Source of the DNA: Lama guanicoe
Taxonomy: Eukaryota
Assembly (NCBI GenBank): GCA_013239625.1
Contig: MU053379.1
Location: 3,020,866 to 3,084,865, forward strand
DNA: 64,000 nt
Direction: 5' to 3'
Shown here: positions 35,895-50,280 of the stretch, in pieces
How the letters are laid out: each line of letters starts with the position of its first letter
How positions within the stretch are numbered: position 1 is the first letter of the stretch
The notes under the pieces: model-generated
Databases searched by the model: none
What the model saw: only the letters and a program-made list of their open reading frames with translations
What the model was told of the DNA's origin: nothing
Position numbers and translations under genes: made by a program

Positions 35895-38800
35895 GCGAGC
35901 TCCCTTCACGACCTGCCAGCCTGCGCCCCGTTCCTGCTCCCTCTGAGGGGCCTTAGAGGGAGCGGTGCCCCCTCGCCAAGCCTGATCTCCTGCTGCACAC
36001 ACACCCCACGGATCCCACTGCAGACCACGACTTTCACCATTTTATCCCCTCTCTGTTTCCTTAATTTTGCTCTTTTGTTATTTCCTTCTTCGAAATGTAA
36101 ATAAACTCGAATTCCCTCAGGTCTTAACAAATATAAAAATCATACCTGCACACACACACACAGACCCCTCCATCCTTTACCTGGACTCTCCCTTTGCCTC
36201 CCTGCCACATTCACCTGTACTCTTTCCGCTGCAAGGCCTAGACATACTACTCAAGCTGGCTAGAGCGAAAACAGGAGGTTACAGGGGTGGGGATGGGCCA
36301 GACAGGGCTGAACCCCTCGGCTCACACAGGGCCCGCCGGCCCTCCTCACGCTCCATCTCTCTGCTCCGGCATCCTCTCGGTCTGTCATCCAAGAAGATGG
36401 GTGCTCTCCCTCTCCAGGCATCCACGCTTCAAATCTCAGGGAGACTGGGACTCCTGGACCCTTGGCCAAGGGCAGACATTGGATTTGACCCCTCCTCTGC
36501 TTAAAGCTCTTCCCTGGATTCCCCACACCACAGGATAAAGGACACTGTACACTTAACCGCACAATGGCCACACCACTACCTGTGCACAAACTCTTTTCTC
36601 TGCGGTCCCCTCACCCCCACCCACTCACCCAGGAAACTACCGTGTTCATTATCCCAAGCCCACCCTAGCCTCGGCCCCTGCAGAAAGCACTGCGGCCTCT
36701 CCCAGAGGCCTTTCTGCTGAGCCTTCTACCCCTGTGGCCACCTGAACAGTTCCATCCCACTCCACCGAGGCCCTGACACCCTCGTGGTCAATGCAGCTGT
36801 TCACCCGTCTGTCTCTGAAGACACGGCCCTACCAAACAGACACACACACACAGGCTCAAAAGAAAATATACGTGAAACTGAATTTTTTAAAAATCAAAAA
36901 ACAACACAGTTGTTCACTATATTTATATATTAATTCTTAATTTTACAGTAGAGTAACATATCCCTTTGAAAAATAATTTTAAAATTTAAACTGAAACAAA
37001 CTGCTATTTTGAAAGTCAACTTTATAAACAAACAATTCCCTACAGTTTTATCTATGGTAGTTAGTTTGGAGACCAAAGATCAGTACTCTAAACAGCCAGT
37101 ATGTCCACCTGCAGATAAAGCACTTACAAACAAAATAAAAATACAAACTACAAAAGTTTGTATCAAAACATTCTGGACCTACCAACTATCTCTCTTCTCA
37201 GAATAAAAGGTCAAGGGCAATCTCCTTCACGTATCTTAAACAAAACATCTGAGCTCAATCAAACTTTGACCCGAGGTTTGGCTTTCTCACACCCCTGAGG
37301 GGCAGGGGCGGTGTATTTGTGTGACATACATGCGTCCCAAGTTCATTCTGCATTCCTGAGGTTACAGATACAAAATGTTAATAACTGATGAAAAATTAGG
37401 AAAGGGAGCATTATGGCAAAATCACTTTGCTTCAAACAAGGTCAACTGACAGAGCCCTCCTAGGACTGCCTGAAGGGCCTGGAGCTGTTCGTCCCAGCTC
37501 TGCTCCAGCTGTGCAATGTCCACGTGGCACTAAGGCCCGTGCAAATACTTCACCACCCGCGAGGCCTGACAAGGGCATGGAGAGGCCAGTGAACACAAAA
37601 ATGCAGAAGGAGTCTTGTATCTTCTGTCATGTTCAAATCAAATGCAGCCTCAGTTTCCCTAGAATATGGTAAAACAGGTTGGGAAGAGAGCAGCAAAACT
37701 GCAAGCAACACTTTGGGGAGACGTGGGCTTCTGTTTATAAGCTAATGTTCATTCTGGCGGGTAAATACATTTTCTGGTGCGTAAGTAAGCTTTTGAGTCA
37801 GACAACTAGCAAGAGCACAGCGTGGGCTTTATAACCCTGCGACTCCCCGCTCTGCCACTTCCGGGCTGGGGGCTGGAGGACATGGGGTCCACCTCCACGA
37901 GCCTGTTTCCTCATCTCTAGATTGGGGGCAGGAACACTGCCTTCATCCTGGGTTGTGGGGTGATTCAGTGAGATCACGATGACAATAAATAACCACACCA
38001 CAGCTTTCTAACCTCTCATTAAGTGCAAGACTCCACGTCCAACAACCTCCCGGACATGGCACTTGGACCTCGCCTTTTTCTCAAACTCAACACATATCAC
38101 AGGAAACTCATCTCCCTCTGTCGTTAGATGGGTCTCCTCCCAGCAATTCTGGCTCTATCCATGACACTCTGTTCCCCCAAACACCTAACACCAATTCTCA
38201 AATCATAACGACGTGTTGATCGCTGGCCAGACTGCAGTGGAAACGGGAGTCTCAATCGTGGCTGCCAGCGGGGCCGGTGGGAGCAACGCTCAGGAAGGTG
38301 CTGAGTCCAGGCACAGACATGCTCGGCCCCAGCAATTTGACTTCAACGGAGTCTCTTCTAAGGAAATAATGCAAAATACAGAAAAAGCTGCCTCCCAACA
38401 TGCTGAGAGCAGTATTACTCACACTGGAGAAAGAAAGAAAAAGAAAAAAGGAAAGAGGAAAAAGAGAGAGAGAGAGAGGAAGAAAGGAAGGGAATGATTT
38501 AATACCCAAGAAACGGTAAGCTACATAACGGTGCAGTCTCCACAAATCTCTGTAGTCAATTTAAAAAAAAAAATAAAGGAACAAAACATGGAGATATACT
38601 AATAGCAAGTTTAAAAGGCAACATTTAAAATTGTAAGTGGACTTGTCTCTACCTAAAACAACAGATGCACAACAGGAAAACATATCAAAATGTTCGATTT
38701 CACTCCACCAGCATTTAGAGCATTTGTGAGAGATAATTCTCTTTTGTCTGATTCCAAATATTCGGTCGGAAACCTGGTGTCACTTGATTTGACTGGGCTG

Positions 38801-41800
38801 TGACTCTGGATCCCAAATGTCTTATCCTTCAGATTCATCACTCCTGGCCTGGCTTCCACAAAGCTCACTCTCATTCCTCCACCTGGAGAATCACTAGTTC
38901 CTTAGTGACCGTCTGTCCACCCATCCACATCCTTCTTCCCAGCCCTGGTCCTTGGTCGGCCCCATCACTGCCAGTCTTCTCAGGGTCTTCCTGCCTTCAG
39001 GGCCACCCATCCCGTCAGCCCCAATCTGTTTTTCCTGACCCTGCTGGCAGAGGCAGTTCTCAAATCTTATCATCTGACCTGCTAAGAATTCTCCAAGTGG
39101 GCCCTCTCACCTGCAGGATAAGATCTGAGCTTCTAACTCCGGCAAACAAGGCCCTTTCCGATCCGGCCCCAACCTGCCTCCGCTTCTACCGGTCAGGCCA
39201 CTAGTCCTCACCTCCCCCATGACCCCAAGTCCAGCTCACTGTCCTGACCTCACCCCCGGCCTACACACTACTCTGGTCACTAATCCGGGGCCAGGGTTCC
39301 AGCACCCCACCATCAGTGCCCAACGCTACCCTCTCCTCATCACCCTCTCCCTGGGCACCAGGAAGAGGCTGGCTGATTCCTCACCCAGCACATCACTGCC
39401 CTGTGTTTCCACCACCAGCTCTTCCATCCCCCTCAACTTCCCCACTGCCTGGCCCGGCTCTGCCCAGTGTGCAGCCACAAGCCTCACGCAGCTCCGGAGT
39501 GCCTGCAGTGCTGCAGGCCTGGGCTGATGTGCTGCCAGTGGACACCCTATCCTGGTTTCAGGGACTTGGTACGGAAAAAACAATGTACAAACTTAACATT
39601 TTACTTTGCCTGCCTGTTGATACCATACACATTAGATGTGTGAGTTTAAAGAAAATATATTATCAAGGTTAATTTCACCTATCTCTTTACTTTTTAAAAT
39701 GTGACTACAAGAGATTTCACATTACTCGTGGGACTCACATTTATTTCTCCAGGGCAGAGCCAAGCTAAGCATTCTTCAGGGCCCAGCATCAGTAGAACCT
39801 CCTTCAAGATGCCCCGATCTGTGTGCCGGTCCTAATGATCCTTTTGCCCCTTGAAATCCTATAATGGAGTCTACCATATAAGCCACTATCTAATTACGTA
39901 ACACACCAACGTTTAATCTCTCCTTCTTGCCAATATGAATGCCATTTCTATACCCTATTTGGGGACTCACAGTAGGCACTCAATTTTTAATTAGACACAG
40001 AGTCTTTGCTGCGGCAAGATATCAACACACAGTATGTCTGTTACTTTAGTTTGGTTTAGTTTAGCTATTTACTTTCCCCATGATGATTTCAACAGTGTAA
40101 AGAGAACGGGAAGTCAGGCGACCTAACGGCTCTTTGTTCTTCCTCTAATTTACACATACAGCGTTGACGACACAGCTTGCCCCCCCACCCCATAAGCCCT
40201 GCCTTGTGCCTCAGTCTCCCACCCTGTAAAATAAAGTTAATATGAGGCCAGTCGACAAGACAGAGCCAGGTCAAAGCAGCTGAGCAAGTTCTGCCTGGAG
40301 TCATTTCCATGATACTAAGAACTACTCCACTCTCCACAGCTGACTGTGTGTCTCTCAGCCAGCTGTCTTAAATACAGACCAATTTTTATGAAGTGGGAAC
40401 AAACCCATCACAATTATTAAAATAAGGAAGGACAAGGGCCTACCTATCAAAATGCTTGTCCCGTCCTGTTAATGACAGGAGACAAGTCCTGGGAGAGGAG
40501 ACTGGCCAGTGCCTGCTCCACGCTGAAGCAGTTTATACATCACACTCACAATCACCTTTACGAGGCAGACGTCACCATACGCATTTACAGAGTAAAGGAT
40601 CTGAGGTTCAAAGACAGGAGGAGTAACCAGCCTACAGTCATGCAGCTGCAGGCTACAAATCCAGGTCAGTGGTATCAACTTTGTATTTAAAAAATAACAT
40701 TGTTATCACCACTCGAAAATATGTGAAAAGCCAAAGTATTATCTAAATACACAAATTACAACAACAATGTCTATTCATTTCCTTCACATAGTTTCTTGAT
40801 CTTGGCTAAATCCTACCTTTTGGATCAAAAGGCCTTTTTTTCTAAGTAGACTTTTCCTTAAAGGAGCAAATAAAGAGGGAATGCCATGTGGGGGGACTAG
40901 TACTTTCGGGGACTACTTTTCTTTAAAGACTTTAAACCAAGGCTGTAGGCGAACGTTTACAGTAAACATTATGAACTAGAACTCCTGGGCACATTTACAA
41001 AAACCTAGTCCCTACAGATAAAGATTACAGTAATAAACACAATAAATCAGGCCGTTTCACAAGCAAACGCATCAACAGGAAACAACATACGTCAGAAAAT
41101 ATCAAAGAACCTCTCTGTGCTGTAAAACTCAGGTCACATGGCTCAATGAAATGACAAAAGAAAGTTCCTCAAAACAAGACACACACCTTAAAGGGAAACC
41201 ACAAAGCCTTGAAAACAGGTACCTTCTCAGAATGGTAACAGGGTACTACCGCGCATCTCTAAGAAACCAAGCTGATCTGGGTTTCATTGATTCTGCCTTT
41301 ACAAAATGTAGTCTGCTTAATCCTGCAGACAGAACAAAAAGTTAAGTTCTCAGCCAGAGAAGAAGTCCCACAGTATCAAATGCTTTAAAACACTGCTCAG
41401 CTCTCCTTTATCAGAAACGTGCCTGCAGTAGGTGTTATCAGTCCTCAGTCAGCACTGAGGACTCGGCACAATGCGAGCTGTGTGCCCCTGGGATTTCAGC
41501 ACAGGAAGCAGGAAGTTCAGTTTACCAGGAACTCCGCACTTCACCTTCACTAAATCTTGAAAACGAATCCTTTTAACAGTACTTAATTTACATTTCTTTC
41601 CAAACCGAACAAGACAGTGGAATCTCAAGGAATCCAAGGCTGTGAAGTGCACTTGGCAAAACTAAGTGTGTGTATTTTCCCCTTTGAGGTGCTGTGTGGA
41701 GTATGAACAGAACTCATGTACAACTGTTAATCTCATGAACAAGACCTTTATTTAAAATTCTCACGTACAAAATGAATTTTTATACCATATTTCCTCAAGG

Positions 41801-42670
41801 GGCAGACACATTAAGACGAGGTGCCTTCAATCAGGTGATTTTTGCTCATTTTAAGAATGAAAAAGGCATCTAGAAGAAACAGAAGGTACCCTTTTCTCAA
41901 TCCCCTAAGACACAAAGACAAATCTGTCTACAGACAGCAAAGGCGTTTGCATCCTAAAAGACAGTTAAGACTAAGGAGGTAAGAACAGAAAACAAAACAC
42001 AGCACAGCAAACCTGCTACAGATGACAGGCAGCAGGTGACAGGAAGCCCTGTGGACACTTCACACCCACGGGGTGAGCTCCACCACAGGTCAAGTGCAGG
42101 CCCCCTGGGCTCTGCAGAACCCCCACCCCGCGGTGTCACAAAAACGGAAGAAGGCACACAACCATCGCTGTCATCCTGGCAGTAAAGGAGAAGCAGCCTC
42201 CTTGAACCGGGGAAAGCCACCCCCTCCCCATCCAAGCCGACACGAGGGGCCCCTTCGCACCAAGGACACAAAGAAGCTGAGGCAGTGGGATGACGGATGA
42301 CAGATGCATCAAATGTATCCCGGGGCCACCTGCAGTCTCCATCTGGGGACTCGGACTCAAAGGTAAAGACAGAATTAACGGGGTGGCGGGGTGTTGGGGG
42401 ATGGCAGCTCAGGTGAGTCTGCGCTGGGACCACTTGGGGTCTCAGTCTGCTTAGGGTCTGGACGCAAACACTAGAACTGGGAGGGGAGATGACACCCAGC
42501 GTGCGCGCGCAAGCACCACCCGGGTCCGGCCCACCCGGCGGGAACCCGGGGTCCGTCCGCACGCCAGGGCGGCAGGACAAGCCCGGGGTCGCGGCGCCGA
42601 GGCCGCGGGAGAGGGAGAGACGCCCCGGCCCGGCCCGCAGGTGCCCACCCCGCGCCGCCGCGCGCCTCAC

Positions 42671-42776
42671 CCAGCAGCGCCCGCAGGTGCTTCAGGCGGG
42701 TCAGCACGTCCTTCTTGGGGTCCAGCACCTTCTGGGTGGACTTCTTCACATCCCCGTGGCTCCTCCGGGAGAACAT
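42671..42776 (-). CDS. RALGAPA2: RALGAPA2 coding exon 1 (106 nt, [35 protein letters not shown] + G)
   Basis: Translation matches the recalled N-terminus of Ral GAP alpha-2 (the paralog RALGAPA1 starts MFSKKPHG...). ATG context is GGCGGGATGT. Donor G|GTGAG lies at 42670-42666, inside a CpG island. Confidence 0.97.
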
Positions 42777-43063
42777 CCCGCCGGGCAGCCGGGCCCCGCC
42801 GGCGGGGCAGGAGGCGCCTGCGCGCGCGAGTCAGCGCACACGGTCGGGCCGGCGCGTGTCGCGCGGGCCGCTCGCCGCCCCCCGGCCGGCCGCCGCCGTC
42901 TCCTCAGCCAAGGCTCCAGGGACGAGGGCGGGCCGGCGCGACGGGGGGCGGGGCAGGAAGGCGGTGTCGACGCGGAACCCGCCGCCCCGCCTCGCGGGGG
43001 CGCGCCCGGGGCGCCGAGCCAGCGCCGCGAATCACAAAGACGCGCACCCCACGCACACGCTCC

Positions 43064-43206
43064 ACTACAAGTCCCGGGGTGCACCGCGACGTGCCCTCCA
43101 ATCAGGCTGGCGAGCCTGCGGCGCGCGGAGTCAGTGGGCCGGCCCCGAGCACGTCCCCACCCCCAACTCCGCCGTGCGCCGCGAGTGCTTCTGGGGAATG
43201 TAGTTC
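43064..43206. promoter_or_regulatory. Pair of convergent ZNF143/THAP11-type (ACTACAnnTCCC, SBS) motifs
   Basis: ACTACAAGTCCCGGGGTGCACCGCG on + at 43064-43088, and GAACTACATTCCCCAGAAGCACTCGCG on - at 43206-43180. Confidence 0.7.
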
Positions 43207-44949
43207 TCCCGGAGGCGAGGCGCTGCGACCTCACTGCCAGGGTCTCCGGCGGAAGGGCAGCGTCCGCCAGCCCCCAGCCCAGAAGGCCCGGGCGTCCGTA
43301 CCTTCACTCTGGTCTGTGAGCCCACCCTCTAGTGCCAGGGGAACCACCGAAACAGCTCTGTAAGACAAGCCTGTAGGCTTTTAAGATGTAACGCATTTTA
43401 AGATTTGATTGTAGATTCCCCCAGGTGGGAGCCAGTGGAAAGCCCCTCGGCCGTACTCAAATCGGAGCTCCGATCTCACACCGAAATGAACGGCTGTGGC
43501 GGCGGGGCAGGGCATGCCTAGGCTCCGGGTGAGCAGGCCGGCGATCCCCGCTTTCCTGGACCCCGTCCCCACTTGGGGTGTGAGGGCCGCCCTTGGAGGC
43601 TCCTCCAGGTCTTGCGACTTACTCTGCAGAAAGCGCACGTTCGTCCTCTGGGTTGTGCAAGGCCACCTAGCAAGACAGCAGCAGAACCAGAAACAGAACC
43701 TGAAGGACCTGACTCTCAGGCCGGCATGCTTTTTAGGGCTAGGCGCCTGTAACCTGGGGCAAGACTTTGAGACGGAAGATGGTCTGGAGATATCTTACAA
43801 GAGATCTGTAGGGTTATTTACTGGCATCTGGATCCTTTGATGGTCCAAATTTTCACAACATTTTAGCAAGCACTTAAGCTTGCTGTTTAAAATCATGTGG
43901 TTTACATCAGATTGGGACAAACAACTGTCTTCTCAGGCAGCTGAACCGTAACTTGGGGGAAGAGCCAGAGATTAACCCAGCCTTGTATCCTCATCACTGA
44001 GCACAGTTTGGCCTCAAAGCATTCAATACATTTCATTAAATAAAAGGGGATGAGAAGCTAAAATATCCCTACATACGTAATCCGGGCGTGCAAAAAAAAA
44101 AAATCTAGTTGTTAGAGCCTCTCTCTGTTTTTCAAGTTGTCAAATAGCATTGATAGAATTGGGATATATTCATACAAAGGAATATTACTCAGCAATAAAA
44201 AGAAGTGGGCTGCCAATAAACCCAATGATGTGGATGAATCTCAGACCCAGAGAGGGAAACCCCACACTCAGGACCTGCTATCACTCTTTGTTACAGAAAT
44301 TTAGCCTGTTTCTGGCTACAGATAGTAAGTCACAGTATTCACTGCATCATTCCTTTAGAAGAAGATATCTTTCATTACACTGACTGAAAAAATACAATGT
44401 GCTTGTCTTAGGGAATTCAATTTTTCTATCACAAAGCAACCTGTCATCACAGTTAAATATTAGTTGAGCACCTACTGTATGCAAGGCATAAGTCTAAACC
44501 TTGGGGATAAAAAGCTGTATAAGATATAGCCTCTTGGCCTCCAAAGCTTCCAATTTAATTGAGAGGCAGAGCAACTCAATAAATGAAGAGATAAACAACA
44601 GTGTTCAGTGAACACATGACACTTGTTAAAACTTGCTAGTACCAGAAACAGACATCCATGCCTACAGATTCATCTCATCCGTCATATCCAGCCTTTGCTT
44701 TCTGATGAAAGTATAGAACTTCAGGTCTTCTCTAAAAAAGCAAGAAACATAAGTTATTATTTTGATGCTCTTTCACCCACCCATATACTCCAAGTGAAGT
44801 AAAAATAAATAAAAATGGTTCTTATTTTCTGTTGCACTGTAAAATTATTCCTGCTAGACTGTGAACTCCTGGAGGACATCACCTGTTTTGCAATTAATTC
44901 TCTATCCCTGGAAGTTCAGAGTGCCAAGGAAATCCGGAGTTTAAATCGA

Positions 44950-47080
44950 GAGTTGAAAACTTACAATGCAAATTTAAACTACCCTGAGATGCCATTTGGG
45001 TTGGCAAACAAAAAACAAAAAAAAAGCAAGTGTTGACTGAACACACTCTGGCAAAGCTATAGAAAAATATAGCTGGTAGGAATGTGAAATAGTACAACTC
45101 CTATGGGGGGAACTTGGCAAAATTATGTGTTATTTGCCCAGAAATCCTACTTCTAAGTATCTACTGTGAGGATGCACCTCCACGAATATAAAATCACATG
45201 TGGAGATTTATTCCTTCCAGCATTATTTGTAACAGCCAGCGCAGTAGGCTGAACAGCTATATCCATGTCCTAAGCCCTGGAACCTGTGATGGTGACATCT
45301 TCTGGGAAAAAGATCTTTGCACGTGTCATCAAGGTAAAATCATCTTGGGTTATCTGGGTTGGCCGTAAATCTAATGTCTTTATAAGAGACACAAGAGGAC
45401 AGGGCACACAAACAGACAAAAGCCAGGCGAAAACAGAGGCAGACACTGGAGTCACGCAGTCACCAGAAGCCTGAAGAAGCAAGGATTCTCCCCAGGGTCT
45501 TCCAGTGGGAGCCTGACCCTGAGCTTGATTTCAGACTTCTGGACTCCAGAACTGTAAGAAAAATAAATTTCTGTTGCTTTAAGCCACCTCGTTGGTGGTA
45601 ATTTGTTACAGGGGCCCCAGAAAATGAATTCAGCCAGACACTGGGGAGAGCCCAGTGTGACTGTATAGTGGGATCTGACTGGATACGGTGCATACACATC
45701 TAAAAGTGGCCGACTGAATCGAGTCCATCTGCATAACGCGCTGCTACACAGGACTAGGCAACCTTAAGAAACCATGAGAAGTCCTACATTCTCACTTTAC
45801 TTAGTCTCTCAGATAGATTGGTAATGATAAAAGCAATGGGCAGAACATAAAATACATATTTATTTGCTTGTTTTTTCAAACAGAAACTTGGAAGGATACA
45901 TTTAAAAATAACATTAACACATACCTAAGTGGGATGGAGGACAGGATGGAACAGAAAAGAGATGTCAAAAGTTCCTCTTCGAGTATATCTTTCTATAGAC
46001 CCAAGCTATATGTATATATAGTTTTGACTTTTGAGCCCTTTAAAAGTTTTACATATTCAAAAATTAAAAGGAAAAACTTGATAATTGAGAATAAACAAAT
46101 ACACAGAATAAACAAATGATCCCAACCATGTATCTAGTTGGTAACGTAACTGTATATAGAAGGTCATTATTGCAAATGACTGTTTAAAGACAATATTCTG
46201 ATTGTATCTCCATAGATGTATATCTTCTAAGGGCAAAAAGATCTGCAAAAAAATATTAATTGCTATTAGGACTAAGATTTTCAGTGTAAGAGAAAGGATA
46301 CACACAAATATCAAAATCAAAGAAATTAAGGGAAAACTTGGTAAAATTAAATTTTACCTGGAAATATCGATTTGAACTCATGGTTTAAAAATACACGCAT
46401 GGGTCCAGGCTCATTCTTTTCCACACAGGTATGCAGTGGTCCCTGGGATATTTATTAAAAGATCTTCCTGTCCACACTGGATTAGCTTAGTACCTTACCC
46501 ACACTTATGTGTCTGTCTGCGTCTGGACTCCCTGTCCTGCTCCATTGATCTGCTTGTTTAACCTTAAACCACTGCCTCTCTGTCTTGACCACTAAAGCTT
46601 TATCTTAAGTCTTGATTTCAGGTAGTTTATATTCTCATTGCTCAAGATTCTTTTGCCTATTTAGGTATCTTCTGGTTCCATAAAAACTTTAGAATCAGCT
46701 TATCTATTTATTATTTTTTTAATCTGTTGTGTTTCCTAGTTCTTCTAATCTCTGAAAGGGCTCAGAAGCAATGGCAGGCAGCGCAGTGAGCATACTCAGC
46801 ACCCAGATCTTGGTTTCTAACTATCATTCCCCACCCAGAGTAATCAGGGTTCTCTGGAGAAACGGCTGATTCCATGCCTGAAGCAGGAAAATATAGAGTG
46901 AATATAAGTTTGTGCTCAAAGACCAATGGAAAGTCCCAATAACATAGGAGGCAGCTAGAAGGGGCTTCTTATGGCCAAATGTCAGGTAATTTGATCATTA
47001 AAAGGAATAATGACTGTTATTGATTATAACACTTTGAATAAATAAAAATTCAGGAAACCATGATATTCAAAAAGTTTTTT
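44950..47080. mobile_element. Patchwork of ancient L1M (L1MC/ME-like) fragments
   Basis: aatgcaaatttaaactacc..gagat, ctggtaggaatgtgaaatagtacaac, cagcattatttgtaacagcc, and 3'UTR-like cccagatcttggtttctaa...agaaacggctgattcc. Boundaries are approximate. Confidence 0.55.
45240..45632 (+). mobile_element. MLT1 (MaLR) solo LTR inserted into an older L1M fragment
   Basis: cagtaggctgaa...gatctttgcacgtgtcatcaagg...cagacttctggactccagaactgtaagaaaaataaatttctgttgctttaagcca...aatgaattCA. Perfect 5-bp TSD gccag at 45235-45239 and 45633-45637. Confidence 0.85.
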
Positions 47081-49789
47081 TTAATGTAATATGTGAGTGT
47101 TTCAAGTAGAAAACATTCCTTGCACATTTGATGATTTCTGGCAGACTTAAAAAATTGGGAACTTCAGGTAGCTAAGACTCTAGCTCAGTACCAAATGGGG
47201 AACCTGATGTGAACTGGTTTCAGGATCCTGAGCAGGGAGGATGCGGGACTCCAGGGGTCTCTAATTCCTCCCTTTGCCACTTACTGGAAAAGCATCCTGT
47301 TTGCCTACTGACACCAAGTTGGATTTGGTCATTCTGGAAGACAGTGACCAAGTGGTCACGACGAAGTTCGCAAAATGAGATGAGAGACCAAGAAGGCTCA
47401 GAACACGTAGACACACTCATCAGGTCCTGATGTCACCTGCAGAAGAATTTTCTTTCTTTCTTTTCTTTTGGAGGAGGGGGAGGGTGTATACCATTTACGT
47501 AAATTCCAACCAACAGACATTTATGGAACAACTGCTCTAGCTGACTAGCTAAACTGTGGTGACCATAGTTTGGCACTTTCCCATTCTTTTCCATTGTACC
47601 CAAAACTGGTCTTTCCAGGACCAATGTGAAACCTGCCACTCCTGTCACCACTGATGTGAAACGTTTATTGGGCAATTTTCATCATCGCCAGGCTGTGCCC
47701 AGCACGGAGCCAGGGGCAGCATTCAATCAAGACGAGCTGAGTGAATGAACTCATTCCTTCATTATTAGCCCCGCCACCGTAATTTGGGGTTGTTGTTCAG
47801 GGCGACGGTTTTGATTTAATTACAGAGTGTGCAACCATATTTTAAAACTCAACCCCTCTTTTCTCAAAAATCTTTCTACATGATGCCTCAGGATCCCCCA
47901 TCTTCTTTTTTTCTTGAACTATAATTGACACTCTGGTGTACAACATAGTGATGCGATGCTTTTACGCATTATGAAGTGATCACCACAGTAAGGCTAGTTA
48001 CCATACAGTTATTACTGTATTAGTGGCTATATTCTCTGGGATGCATATTAATCTCATCCTCTTAAACAGATTATTCATTGTTTATGAAACCATAGTTTAG
48101 CTCTCCCCCCGACCCTGACTCCCTCCATCTTCTCCTAAAAGGGCGTTGCTACCAGCAACAAACGAGAAATGCCCCTAGGCTTTCCCTCCCTAACTTTGAC
48201 CACATTTTGCCCCACAACTCAGCCATTGCTACCAGACACGATTCGTTTTCCTTTTTAACTTCCATAGCTGGAATCATTCCAGACACTTAGACCTGCCAGC
48301 TCTGTGGTTTCCAGATACCCTACATGTTAATGTATTTTATTTCCAAATTGGTCATTCATCAGAATTTTTCATTTTGGAAGGATTTTTTTTTCCACTTTGA
48401 CTAAAATATCTTGTGCCTGCACGTTAATCCTGATTGTCATGAATATTATGTTAATTTTGATATCTGGAAAAATTCAAATTTGAGCCACAGATATCCCTGT
48501 CTGGTAGATTCATTGCGCCTGCCCTCGGGCGTAAGACGCTCTAGTCTGTCAGGCACCCCATGGGTGTCCACGTGGATGTTACTGCCACCAAGGGCAACCC
48601 CAGGCTGCCTGTTTTGATTGCTCATGGGACTCTTTGCATTCTTATTTTCTGTTAGGGAAAAAAAGCTACAAACTAACACATTCAAGTGTTTTCCCTGTAT
48701 CAGCTTTCACCCTGAGATGCCCCCGAGAACCTACGCCTACAGAAAACTCCCAAGAAAGAAGGGATGACGACCCTTTATAAGAAGGAAATGCAAAACCCAA
48801 CGCTCAAGAAACAGGAAACCCAATTCATTGTTTCCCAGATGATGTGTTACTGTCCCCTGAAAAGATGTATTATTTTCTCCTCCTAAAGAATTCTCCTATT
48901 AGTTCCTTTTCTAATAGGAAACTGTTAGTTTCTTTTCTTTCCAAATATCTGTCAGGCAAGGAGATTTAATACTGAACTTTAAACTTGACTATAAATCACT
49001 TTATATGAGAATTTCAATTCAGAAAAGACTCAAAAACTTTTGGAAACTGTACCACCCATTTTGACATGTCTGATGGGTGCCTGATAGCAAAGTAATGCCC
49101 GAAGGGAAAGAAACCTAACCGTTCCTCTAAATTTATTCAAGCAGATGTGTTCAGAGCTGTGCCTTCCAACCACGACGTCATCTGCTTTGGATATATTTTC
49201 ATTTCTTTTATCATCAAAACAGTAATAACATTTCAGTATTAAATCATGGATATACATCAACATTAGAGAAAAATAAGCACATGAGGAGGTACCGTGAGAA
49301 CATCTATAAGTAAAAAAAAAAAAACCTTTGAATGATAATGTGAAAAAATCAAGAATCATGGAAACCATCTAAATAGTAAATACGATTTGAATAAAAGATG
49401 ATGCACAAAGGCTACCGAGACAAAGTTACAGAAGGTCAGAAGCCAGCAAAGGTGTGTTCATGGCCTCACACCTGCCCCCAGTGTACAAAGGGCTGCCACT
49501 GGGCTTCATGTTAGACCAGGCATATCTCTTAATTTACAACTGGGTGTTAGAGTTTCTAAAAATGAATGCAGATTTTGGAATGTCAACAAAAACTATTTAT
49601 TCAAAACGGAGAAATTCACCATACTGTTTGCTTTCCTTGCAAATTCCTGTAGTTTTCTAGAAAATAAAAAGAACCTCAAAATAATTATTGGGAGAACATA
49701 ATCATTCTTGGGAAACACAACGTAAGAATACAAATTCTTTTCCTAATCTACATATGAACATAAGTCTTCAATTTAACTATTTTTACCTG

Positions 49790-50280
49790 GTCTTGCAGAC
49801 AGGATTCTTAGTTGCAAACAACAAAAATTGACTGGCTATTTAAGCAAAAGACAATTCTTTCGAAGAATATTGGCTGTCAAAATCAATGGGGGGTTGGAAA
49901 ACCAGGCTTAGGAAATAACTAGAGAATTAGATCCTGATGCAGCACGGGGGCCTGCAAGGGTCCTAGAGCAGAGCATGCGAGGCGGGGGGGGGGCAGCACG
50001 CTGTGGTTTCCATGACAATGAGGGCCCTCCCTCACCCCTTCGGTTCTCAAGCTCAAAGTCTCCAGAACATCCAATTGTGTAAGCATTAGTCAGAGGCCCC
50101 TTTGTGTGGCCACCCCTGAGGCTCCTCTGGGTCAGGAAATCTGAAGCGGCAGAGCTGTTTGTGACTAGGAGGTGGGCACTACCTCCTACCCAGAAGATGC
50201 GGGAGAGGACCTGTCTCCCCGAGAAGCAACGGAGTGCTTTGCTGGAGGAAGAGATGCTGGGTGCTGAGTAGCTAAAGTAA
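49790..50280 (-). mobile_element. Old MLT1-like LTR remnant
   Basis: caggattcttagttgcaaacaacaaaaattgactggctatttaagcaaaag is the typical reverse-complement MLT1 terminus. Confidence 0.45.

Larger units (their letters stand above)
42480..43320. promoter_or_regulatory. CpG-island promoter / 5'UTR of RALGAPA2
   Basis: Very high GC and CpG density around exon 1. GC box GGGGCGGGGC near 42945, NRF1-like GCGCCTGCGC at 42814-42823, CCAAT at 43098-43102. No minus-strand upstream ATG seen between 42777 and ~43070. Confidence 0.9.

Noticed and set aside
42471..42670. C-terminal part of the 101-aa ORF 42471-42776 as protein
   Set aside because: It is read-through past the exon 1 donor at 42670; the real frame continues in exon 2.
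41954..43363. Long overlapping ORFs (238, 276, 240 and 162 aa) over the promoter
   Set aside because: Low-complexity Arg/Pro/Ala/Gly translations in several frames, as expected from stop-codon scarcity in a CpG island; no recognisable domain.
47344..47359. Palindrome gtgacca-ag-tggtcac as an estrogen response element
   Set aside because: The half-sites are everted with the wrong spacing for an ERE (GGTCAnnnTGACC); a 7-bp arm palindrome is expected by chance in 64 kb.
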